From assembly GCA_016195145.1 (NCBI GenBank), contig JACQAF010000115.1, forward strand, positions 1 through 34,224: 34,224 nucleotides of DNA, read 5' to 3'. Made by a program: the position numbers and the translations under genes. A model generated the notes under the pieces. The model searched no databases and had not been told where the DNA came from. It saw nothing but the letters and a program-made list of their open reading frames with translations. The DNA is from Rhodospirillales bacterium (GTDB lineage: Bacteria > Pseudomonadota > Alphaproteobacteria > CACIAM-22H2). Shown here piece after piece: positions 1 to 7,431 of the stretch (positions within the stretch are counted from its first letter, which is position 1; the number at the start of each line of letters is the position of its first letter).

Positions 1-922
1 CGACCATGATCGGCGGGCCGGCGAGATATGCCTTGGCGCCGTCGAGCGAGGCGAAATCCTGGCGCACCGCGTCGACAAGGAATCCGGTGCGCCGCTCGGT
101 CGGGCCGGCGGGCTCTGACAGGACCGGCGTGAAGGAGAAATTCTTGTGCGTTTTGGTCAGGGCCTGAAAGCGGTCTTCGAGATAAAGATCGCGTTCCGCC
201 CGGACGCCGAAATAAAGCGCTATCGGTTGCGCCATGCCGTGGGCGAGCGCCGTCTCGACGATCGATTTGATCGGCGCCAGGCCCGATCCGCCGGCGAGCG
301 CCACAATCGGCCCGGCATGTTTCTCGCGCAAATACGATGTGCCGTGCGGCCCAACGAGCTTGAGCGTGTCGCCGATTTTCAGGGTCTCGGCAACGAACGG
401 CGTCACCGCGCCGCCGGGCAATAAGCGGATGTGGAATTCGAGGACCGGCTCGTCAGGCCGGTTGGCCATCGAATAGTCGCGCGGGGGCAGGCCGGGAAAT
501 TCGAGGTTGGCGTATTGCCCCGCCGAAAAGGTAAACGGTCCGCCAGACAGGATTTCCATGCGCAGCACGCGAATATCGTGCGTCGCATGGCTGAGCGCGA
601 CGACGCGGCAGGTCAAGTGACGCTGCGGGTGGGCGATCGTCTCGTCGGTATCGAGGAAGCGCACCTCGCAATCCGACCACGGCACGGCGCGGCAGGCGAG
701 GATCAGCCCCGCCGCCTTTTCCGCCTCGCTCAGCGCGAACTCCGAATAGGGCGACATCTCGACCTCGCCCGAAAGAAGCTCGGATTTGCAGGCGCCGCAA
801 TTGCCCGATTGGCAGCCATGCGGGTAAGGCAGCTCGCGCGCCAGGGCTGCCGCGAGGACGGTCTGGCCGGTCTCAACCTCAAGCAGCGCGGCGAATTGCC
901 GGACGGCGACGGTATAGGTCAT
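1..922 (-). CDS. 2Fe-2S ferredoxin / FNR-like NAD(P)H oxidoreductase (oxygenase reductase-component type); 3' end lies beyond the window start
   Basis: Absent from the ORF track because it is open at the window edge. My minus-strand translation from ATG 922-920 reads MTYTVAVRQF...PYPHGCQSGNCGACKSELLSGEV...LACRAVP, a plant-type Cx4Cx2C...C 2Fe-2S motif. It continues with PRDYSMAN (RxYS flavin motif) and ALAGGSGLAP (GGxGxxP NAD(P) motif) and stays open to position 1. The + strand ORFs 146-424, 234-476 and 431-982 are shadows of it. Confidence 0.85.
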   Translation of the reverse strand, partial: MTYTVAVRQFAALLEVETGQTVLAAALARELPYPHGCQSGNCGACKSELLSGEVEMSPYSEFALSEAEKAAGLILACRAVPWSDCEVRFLDTDETIAHPQRHLTCRVVALSHATHDIRVLRMEILSGGPFTFSAGQYANLEFPGLPPRDYSMANRPDEPVLEFHIRLLPGGAVTPFVAETLKIGDTLKLVGPHGTSYLREKHAGPIVALAGGSGLAPIKSIVETALAHGMAQPIALYFGVRAERDLYLEDRFQALTKTHKNFSFTPVLSEPAGPTERRTGFLVDAVRQDFASLDGAKAYLAGPPIMV

Positions 923-998
923 AAGCCTCGATCTCCGCCCTGGTCGCGAAGGGGCGGCCACCAATACGCGATCTGGTATTAGTCGAGCATATGGAGTA

Positions 999-1035
999 CT
1001 TTGTTGCAAAGTCAAATTGTTTGACTATCAAACAA
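999..1035. promoter_or_regulatory. Candidate MarR operator: three abutting/overlapping perfect palindromes in the AT-rich divergent promoter region
   Basis: Read directly: CTTTG-ttg-CAAAG (999-1011), AGTCAAA-ttg-TTTGACT (1010-1026), TTGTTTGA-cta-TCAAACAA (1017-1035). They lie between the reductase start (922, -) and the marR-like start (1063, +). They overlap sigma70-like hexamers TTGCAA (1004-1009) and TATCAA (1026-1031), spaced 16 nt. The regulatory role is inferred. Confidence 0.5.
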
Positions 1036-1062
1036 TAATCATCGACGAGGAACCGGGAACAA

Positions 1063-1572
1063 ATGCGAAAAACGGGCGTAAGCGTGCGGAAAACCGAGCC
1101 TCTGCCCGCAGAAAACAATGCGCGCGATCGCGCGGGCGAACGGCGGAGCCTCAGCCTCGGCCGGCTGCCCGGGTTGCTCGGCTATACGTTGCGGCGCGCG
1201 CAGCTGCGCGTGTTCCAGGATTTCGCGGCGAGCATGGATGGCGAAGGGCTGACACCCGGCCAGATCGGCGCATTGCTGCTGATCAAGGCAAATCGCGGCC
1301 TGAGCCAGAGCGATTTGGGCGTTGCGCTCGGCATCGACCGCTCGTCGGTTGTGCCGCTGATCGACCGCTTGCAGGCGCGCGATCTCGTGCGCCGCGCGGC
1401 GCACGCCAGCGACCGGCGGGCCCACGCGCTCGAACTATCCGAGGCGGGCGAGGCGGCGCTCATTCGCCTCCTGTCCCGCCTCGAGGCGCATGAGCGACGC
1501 ATCGCCGCCCACCTGTCGGCGGGGGAGCGCCGCACGCTCATGGATCTTCTGGCCCGCGTCGCCGACGGATGA
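1063..1572 (+). CDS. MarR family transcriptional regulator
   Basis: 169-aa ORF. Winged-HTH core: LTPGQIGALLLIKANRGLSQSDLGVALGIDRSSVVPLIDRLQARDLVRR...DRRAHALELSEAG, typical of MarR. It sits at the head of a same-strand catabolic cluster. Confidence 0.9.
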   Translation: MRKTGVSVRKTEPLPAENNARDRAGERRSLSLGRLPGLLGYTLRRAQLRVFQDFAASMDGEGLTPGQIGALLLIKANRGLSQSDLGVALGIDRSSVVPLIDRLQARDLVRRAAHASDRRAHALELSEAGEAALIRLLSRLEAHERRIAAHLSAGERRTLMDLLARVADG

Positions 1573-1648
1573 ACGGCACGGCGCAGGCTGGCGACGACAA
1601 CCCGAGAATTTCCGCGAATCCGGAAAGAGCCGGATTGTTCCCTCCACA

Positions 1649-3196
1649 ATGCTAGCCGGTGACATCCTTCGTCGGGCCGCCGCCCGTTTCCCCGACAAGA
1701 TCGCGCTGATCGACGGCGAGCGGCGGATGACCTTCGGCGAGCTCGATCGCGCCGCCGCCCGCGCCGCGGGCGCGCTGGTCGGTCTCGGCTTCGTCAAGGG
1801 ATCCCACGTCGCGATTCTCGCACCGAATATTCTTGAATATCCGGTTATCTATTACGGCGCGGCGCGGGCCGGCGTCGTATTGGCGACGATCTCGGTCCGG
1901 GATACGCCGAGCGATCTTGCCTACAAGCTCGACAAAACGGATATCGACGGTTTGTTTTTCTGGCACGAGCTGGCGCCGACGGTTGCCGGCGCGCAGCAAA
2001 ATACAAAGCGCCTGCGCCATCTGGTCGCCATTGGCGGGGATTCGGCGGCGGTTCCTGACGCGCTTCGCTTCGAAGATTTCATGGCCCGGGGAACGGGCCT
2101 GCCGCCGTCGGTAGCTCTGAGCGAAACCGATCCGCTGGCGATCAGCTTCACCGGCGGCACGACCGGATTCCCCAAGGCGGTGCTGGTGTCGCATCGGGCG
2201 CGATATACGACGGCGGTGACCTGCACGACCGAATTCGGGATCGACGCGCGCGACGTGGCGCTGGTCGCCACGCCGCTGTTCCACGCGGCGGGGCTGTTCG
2301 TGTGGTTGCAGCCGGCACTGATGCTGGGCTGCAGCTGCGTTTTGCAGTCGGGGTGGGATTCGGCGCGTTTCATCGATCTGGTCGAGCGGCACAAGGTCAG
2401 CGCCGCGTTGCTTGTTCCGACCCAGCTCAGCGACCTCATCACGCACCCTGCGTTTTCGCCCGAACGCCTTTCTTCCCTGCGTCACCTGAACTATGCGGCG
2501 TCGCCGATGCCGGTGGCGCTCTACGACCGGTTGATCGGATTGCTGCCGCAGGTCGCGTTCGTCGAAAATTATGGCCAGTCGGAAACCGGACCGATGACGG
2601 TGCGCCGGCCTTTTCATCCGCATGAAAAGCGGGGCAGCATCGGTCGGCCGGCGCATAATGTCGAAACGACGGTCTTCGACCCGCAAGGCAACGAGGCGCC
2701 GCCGGGCATGATCGGCGAGATTGTCACCCGCGGCGCGCATCTTCTGACCGAATATTACGGCGATCCGGAGCAGACGGCCGCGCTGTTCAAGACCGGCGAC
2801 GGATGGTTGTGGACCGGCGATCTTGGTGTGCGCGACGCGGACGGGTTTATTTCTCTCGTCGATCGCTCGAAAGACATGATCGTTTCGGGCGGTGAAAATA
2901 TCTATCCGGTCGAGATCGAGAACGCCCTATTTCGCCATCCCGCGGTCGCCGAGTGCGCCGCCTTCGGCATTCCCGACGACAAATGGGGCGAGGTGCCTGC
3001 GGCGCATGTCGTGCTCAAGCCCGAGGCGAAGGCGACGCCGGAGGAACTGATCGAATTCGTCGGCGGGGTCATTGCCCGTTACAAGCGTCCGCGGCTGATC
3101 GTCATCGTGCCGCGCCTGCCGAAGACCCCGGTTGGCAAGATTCAGAAAAACGTGATCCGCGATGTCTATTGGCGAGACCGCACCCGCCGGATCTGA
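1649..3196 (+). CDS. Acyl-CoA synthetase / AMP-dependent ligase (ANL superfamily)
   Basis: Within ORF 1490-3196. I chose in-frame ATG 1649 (MLAGDILRRAAARFPDKIALIDGERRMTFGELD), which matches the usual ANL N-terminus and avoids overlap with marR. Motifs: FTGGTTGFPKAV (AMP-binding P-loop), YGQSETG, GDLGVRDADGFISLVDRSKDMI, PKTPVGKIQK. Confidence 0.9.
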   Translation: MLAGDILRRAAARFPDKIALIDGERRMTFGELDRAAARAAGALVGLGFVKGSHVAILAPNILEYPVIYYGAARAGVVLATISVRDTPSDLAYKLDKTDIDGLFFWHELAPTVAGAQQNTKRLRHLVAIGGDSAAVPDALRFEDFMARGTGLPPSVALSETDPLAISFTGGTTGFPKAVLVSHRARYTTAVTCTTEFGIDARDVALVATPLFHAAGLFVWLQPALMLGCSCVLQSGWDSARFIDLVERHKVSAALLVPTQLSDLITHPAFSPERLSSLRHLNYAASPMPVALYDRLIGLLPQVAFVENYGQSETGPMTVRRPFHPHEKRGSIGRPAHNVETTVFDPQGNEAPPGMIGEIVTRGAHLLTEYYGDPEQTAALFKTGDGWLWTGDLGVRDADGFISLVDRSKDMIVSGGENIYPVEIENALFRHPAVAECAAFGIPDDKWGEVPAAHVVLKPEAKATPEELIEFVGGVIARYKRPRLIVIVPRLPKTPVGKIQKNVIRDVYWRDRTRRI

Positions 3197-3287
3197 TTGG
3201 CGGACACGGGGATTTCGTCATGTATCTTTTCCACGCCTCGCCGCTGCGCCAAGCTCTGTTGCCATTATCGATCAGGGAGACCCGCCG

Positions 3288-4546
3288 ATGACAGCCATGC
3301 CGCCGCCGAAACTGCTGATCGGGGGAGACTGGCGCTCGCCGCTGGGCGGGGCCTCGATCCCGGTGGTCAATCCCAGCGATGGCGAGGCGTTCCACCGCAT
3401 CGCCCGCGGCGTCGCCGCCGATATCGACGCCGCCGTCCGCGCCGCGCGCGCGGCACTCGACGGCGCGTGGGGCCGTTTATCGGCCACCGATCGCGGCCGG
3501 CTGCTGATCAAGCTCGGGCTTGCGGTTCAGGAGCATCACGACGCACTCGTCCGGCTCGAGGCGATGGACACCGGCAAGCCGCTGAAACAGGCCAAGGCCG
3601 ATATTCTCGCGCTTGCCCGCTACTTCGAATATTACGGCGCCGCCGCTGACAAGGTGCACGGTGAGACCCTGCCCTATCTCGACGGTTACACGGTGATGAC
3701 CTTCCGCGAGCCGCTCGGCGTTACCGGGCACATCATCCCGTGGAACTACCCGGCGCAGATTCTCGGCCGCACGCTTGCCGCCGCGCTCGCCATGGGCAAC
3801 GCGGCGGTGGTCAAGCCGGCCGAAGATGCGTGCATGAGCGTTCTCAAGGTGGGCGAACTGGCGCTTGCGGTCGGGTTTCCGCCGGGCGCGGTCAACATCG
3901 TCACCGGCTATGGCGAGGAAGCGGGCGCGGCGCTCGCGGCGCATCCCGGCATCGATCACATCTCGTTCACCGGCTCGCCGGCGACCGGTGCGCTGGTGCA
4001 GGCGGCGGCGGCGAAAAACAACCGCCCGGTGACCATGGAGCTGGGCGGCAAGTCACCGCAGCTCGTTTTCGCCGATGCCGATATCGACGCGGCACTGCCG
4101 TTTCTCACCAACGCCATCATCCAGAACGCCGGCCAGACCTGCTCGGCCGGCTCGCGCCTGCTGGTCCAGGACAAGGTCTATGACGAGTTCGTCGGCAAGG
4201 TCGCCGAGCGCTTCAAGGGGCGCCGGGCCATGAGCTGGCGCAGGAAGAGGTGTTCGGCCCCGTCCTCGCCGCGACGCCGTTCAAGGACGAGGCCGAGGCG
4301 GTCGCCATCGCCAATGGCACCGAATTCGGCCTTGTCGCCGGGGTGTGGACGCAGGATGGCGCGCGCCAGCACCGCCTGGCGCGGGCGATCCGTTCGGGAC
4401 AGGTCTTTGTCAATAATTACGGCGCCGGCGGCGGGGTTGAGCTGCCGTTCGGCGGCGTCAAGCGCTCGGGTTTCGGGCGCGAAAAGGGCTTCGAGGGATT
4501 ATTGTCGTTCAGCGCGCTTAAAACGGTCGCGATCAAGCACGGCTGA
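3288..4546 (+). pseudogene. Aldehyde dehydrogenase (NAD(P)+) disrupted by an internal deletion of about 60 codons plus a frameshift near 4220
   Basis: ATG 3288 is preceded by RBS AGGGAGA (3274-3280). The ALDH sequence is clean through MELGGKSPQ (catalytic Glu) and NAGQTCSAGSR (catalytic Cys) to VAERFKG at about 4220. That frame then becomes Arg/Ser-rich and runs to 4688. ALDH sequence resumes in another frame (open from 4184) as APGHELAQEEVFGPVLAATPFKDEAEAVAIANGTEFGL...PFGGVKRSGFGREKG, stopping at 4546. Only about 35 residues separate the Cys from EEVFGPV, versus roughly 95-100 in the family. Confidence 0.85.
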
Positions 4547-4572
4547 GCGCCAACCAACAAGGGGAAACGTCG

Positions 4573-5328
4573 ATGCGGCTCAAGGACAAGGTGGCGGTCG
4601 TCACCGGCGGCGGTTCGGGATTCGGCGAAGGCATCGCCCGGCGCTTCGCGGCGGAAGGGGCGAGAGTCACGGTCAACGACATCAATGAAGAAGGCGGCAA
4701 GCGCGTCGCCGCGGCGATCGCCGAGGCGGGCGGCAGGGCGATCTTCGTCCGGGCCGACGTGGCCAAGGCGGCCGAGGTCGAGACCATGGCGGCGAAGACG
4801 CTGTCGGCGTTCGGCCGGCTCGACGTCATGGTCAACAATGCTGGCTTCACCCATCGCAACCAGCCGATGCTCGACGTATCCGAGGAAACCTTCGACAAGG
4901 TGTTCGCGATCAACGTAAAGTCGATCTATCTCGCCGCGCGGGCGGTGGTGCCGATCTTCCGCCGCCAGGGCGGCGGGTGCATTATCAACACCGCGTCGAC
5001 GGCGGGCTTGCGCCCACGCCCCGGCCTCACTTGGTACAACGCCAGCAAGGGCGCGGTGATCACGATGACCAAGTCGATGGCGGTCGAGCTGGCGCCGGAA
5101 AAAATCCGCGTCAACTGCCTGTGCCCGGTCGCCGGCGAAACCGCCATGCTGGCCGATTTCATGGGCGGCGACACGCCCGAAAACCGGGCGCGGTTCCGCG
5201 CCTCGATCCCGCTCGGCCGCCTGTCGACCCCGGCCGACATCGCCAGCGCGGCATTGTGGCTCGCCTCCGACGAGGCGGAGTTCATCACCGGCGTGGCGCT
5301 GGAAATCGACGGCGGGCGCTGCGTTTGA
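4573..5328 (+). CDS. Short-chain dehydrogenase/reductase (SDR) family oxidoreductase
   Basis: 251 aa. Motifs TGGGSGFGEGIA (TGxxxGxG), NNAG and YNASKGA (catalytic YxxxK). RBS AAGGGGA lies upstream. Confidence 0.9.
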   Translation: MRLKDKVAVVTGGGSGFGEGIARRFAAEGARVTVNDINEEGGKRVAAAIAEAGGRAIFVRADVAKAAEVETMAAKTLSAFGRLDVMVNNAGFTHRNQPMLDVSEETFDKVFAINVKSIYLAARAVVPIFRRQGGGCIINTASTAGLRPRPGLTWYNASKGAVITMTKSMAVELAPEKIRVNCLCPVAGETAMLADFMGGDTPENRARFRASIPLGRLSTPADIASAALWLASDEAEFITGVALEIDGGRCV

Positions 5329-5356
5329 TACCGATATATTTGATGCGAGGTCGCCG

Positions 5357-6481
5357 ATGAAAATCAGAGCAGCCGTTCTCAACGCTTTGGGGGCGAAGCC
5401 GCCTTACGCGACATCGAAGCCGCTTTCGGTCGAGGAGGTGGAACTTTCCCCGCCCGGTCGGGGCGAGGTGCTGGTGCGCATCGCCGCCGCCGGGCTCTGC
5501 CATTCCGACCTGTCGGTGATCAACGGCGATCGGCCGCGGCCGACGCCGATGGTCCTCGGCCACGAGGCGGCCGGGGTGGTCGAGGCGCTTGGCCCCGGCG
5601 TCGACGACCTGCGCAAGGGCGATCACGCGGTCATGGTCTTCGTGCCGAGCTGCGGCCATTGCGCGCCTTGCGCCGAGGGCCGGCCGGCGCTGTGCGAGCC
5701 GGGGGCCGCGGCCAACGGCAAGGGCGAACTGGTCGGCGGCAACAAGCGCCTGTCGCGCCCCGCCGGACCGATCCACCATCACATGGGCGTGTCGGCCTTC
5801 GCCGAATATGCGACCGTGTCGCGCCGCTCGCTGATTCGCATCGATCGCGACCTGCCGCTCGACGAAGCGGCGATGTTCGGTTGCGCGGTGCTCACCGGCG
5901 TCGGCGCCGCGATCAACACGGCGGGGGTGCGGCCGGGACAGAGCGTGGCCGTGGTCGGCCTCGGCGGGGTCGGGCTCAACGCGCTGCTTGGCGCCATCGT
6001 CGCCGGGGCGGAAACGATCGTCGCCGTCGACCTGTCGGACGAAAAGCTGGCGCTGGCCCGCCGGCTCGGCGCCACGCACGCGGTCAATGCCGGCGATGCC
6101 GATTGTGCCGACAAGGTGCGAGCGGCCACCGGGGGCGGGGTCGATGTCGCGCTTGAAATGGCGGGGTCGGTCAAGGCGCTGGAAACGGCATGGAAAGCGA
6201 CCCGGCGCGGCGGGCAGACGGTGACCGCCGGCCTGCCCAACCCGGGGCAGATGATGGCGCTTTCGCCGGTGACTCTGGTGGCCGAGGAGCGCACCCTCAA
6301 AGGCAGCTATATCGGCAGTTGCGTGCCGGTGCGCGACCTGCCGCGCTATATCGCCCTCTACCGCCAGGGCCGCTTGCCGGTCGACCGGCTGATGAGCGAC
6401 CGGCTGAAGCTCGACGAGATCAATCTCGGCTTCGACCGCCTCGCCGCCGGCAAGGTCGTCCGCCAGGTGGTGGTGTTCTAG
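5357..6481 (+). CDS. Zinc-dependent alcohol dehydrogenase (MDR family)
   Basis: 374 aa. Motifs GLCHSDL and GHEAAGVVEALG (catalytic Zn), CGHCAPCAEG (structural Zn), VVGLGGVGL (Rossmann). Confidence 0.9.
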   Translation: MKIRAAVLNALGAKPPYATSKPLSVEEVELSPPGRGEVLVRIAAAGLCHSDLSVINGDRPRPTPMVLGHEAAGVVEALGPGVDDLRKGDHAVMVFVPSCGHCAPCAEGRPALCEPGAAANGKGELVGGNKRLSRPAGPIHHHMGVSAFAEYATVSRRSLIRIDRDLPLDEAAMFGCAVLTGVGAAINTAGVRPGQSVAVVGLGGVGLNALLGAIVAGAETIVAVDLSDEKLALARRLGATHAVNAGDADCADKVRAATGGGVDVALEMAGSVKALETAWKATRRGGQTVTAGLPNPGQMMALSPVTLVAEERTLKGSYIGSCVPVRDLPRYIALYRQGRLPVDRLMSDRLKLDEINLGFDRLAAGKVVRQVVVF

Positions 6482-6500
6482 GGTGGGCGGCGGGCCAAAG

Positions 6501-6532
6501 AAAAACCCCGGAGGCGGAACCTCCGGGGTTTT
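6501..6532. terminator. Bidirectional rho-independent terminator between convergent ADH and BI-1 genes
   Basis: AAAAA-CCCCGGAGG (6506-6514), loop cggaa, CCTCCGGGG (6520-6528), then TTTT (6529-6532). Perfect 9-bp GC-rich stem flanked by an A-run and a T-run. Confidence 0.8.
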
Positions 6533-6555
6533 GGTTCGTTACGCTCGGTTAAGCG

Positions 6556-7275
6556 TTAGCGGCGCTCGCCGAACAACCGTATCAGCATGAGGAACAGGTT
6601 GATGAAGTCGAGATAGAGGGTGAGCGCCCCCATCAACGCCTTCTTGCCGGCAACCTCGCCCGAGTCGGATTCAAGATAGATCTCCTTGATCCGCTGCGTG
6701 TCATAGGCGGTCAGGCCCACGAACACCAGCACGCCGATCACCGAGATCGCGAATTGCAGGGCCGAACTGCCGATGAAGATGTTGACGATGGAGGCGATGA
6801 TGATGCCGATCAGGCCCATGAACAGGAACGCGCCGAATTTCGACAGGTCCGCCTTGGTCGTGTAGCCGTAAAGGCTCATCGCCGCGAAGGTGCCGGCGGA
6901 GATGAAGAACACGCGCGCGACGCTCGTACCCGTGTACACCAACAGGATCGAGGCGAGCGATGCGCCCATCACGGCGGCATAGACCCAGTAGATGGCTTGT
7001 GCCGACGCAAATGACAGGCGGTTGATGCCGAAGCTCAGGATCATCACGAAGGCGAGCGGCGCCAGCATCACGACATACACCAGCGGCGTGCCGAAAATCA
7101 CATTGCTGACCGAAGGCGTGTTGGCGACGACGTAGGCGACGATGCCGGTCAGCGCCAGGCCCGAGGCCATGTAGTTGTAGACGCGGAGCATATACTCGCG
7201 CAGACCGGCGTCGATCGCGACGTGCTCGGCCTGGGTCTGCGTCTGCGTCATAAATCGTTTGTCGATCTGCGCCAT
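6556..7275 (-). CDS. Bax inhibitor-1 / YccA family membrane protein
   Basis: 239 aa and multi-TM. N-terminus ...AIDAGLREYMLRVYNYMASGLALTG and C-terminus GALTLYLDFINLFLMLIRLFG are typical of BI-1/YccA. RBS GAGGAAG precedes ATG 7275. Confidence 0.9.
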   Translation of the reverse strand: MAQIDKRFMTQTQTQAEHVAIDAGLREYMLRVYNYMASGLALTGIVAYVVANTPSVSNVIFGTPLVYVVMLAPLAFVMILSFGINRLSFASAQAIYWVYAAVMGASLASILLVYTGTSVARVFFISAGTFAAMSLYGYTTKADLSKFGAFLFMGLIGIIIASIVNIFIGSSALQFAISVIGVLVFVGLTAYDTQRIKEIYLESDSGEVAGKKALMGALTLYLDFINLFLMLIRLFGERR

Positions 7276-7431
7276 TTTCTTCCTCTCGTTCCCCTGTTCG
7301 AATCCGATCGTTCAGCCCCCATGATATGGGCATAGGGGGGGTGAATTCAATATCCGTGCGAGCCCGTACCGCCCCTTAATCACCTTAAAATACTGTTATT
7401 TTTCGGATTTCCCGGCCCCCCGCCGCACGCC

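Noticed and set aside
4221-4688. C-terminal 155 aa of the 508-aa ORF 3162-4688 (RRAMSWRRKRCSAPSSPRRRSRTRP...)
   Set aside because: This is out-of-frame read-through after the ALDH lesion. It is Arg/Ser-rich, overlaps the genuine ALDH C-terminus in another frame, and overlaps the start of the SDR gene.
7296-7305. tRNA T-loop-like string GTTCGAATCC in the BI-1 / ybbP intergenic region, a possible tRNA or tRNA-fragment att site
   Set aside because: The flanking bases (ccct / gatcg) cannot form a T-stem. No acceptor or anticodon arms, or a CCA context, are present on either strand. No integrase is nearby.
7310-7345. CCCCC...GGGGGGG hairpin downstream of ybbP as a terminator
   Set aside because: The stem is short and imperfect and is not followed by a T-run on the minus strand. 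I am not confident enough to annotate it.
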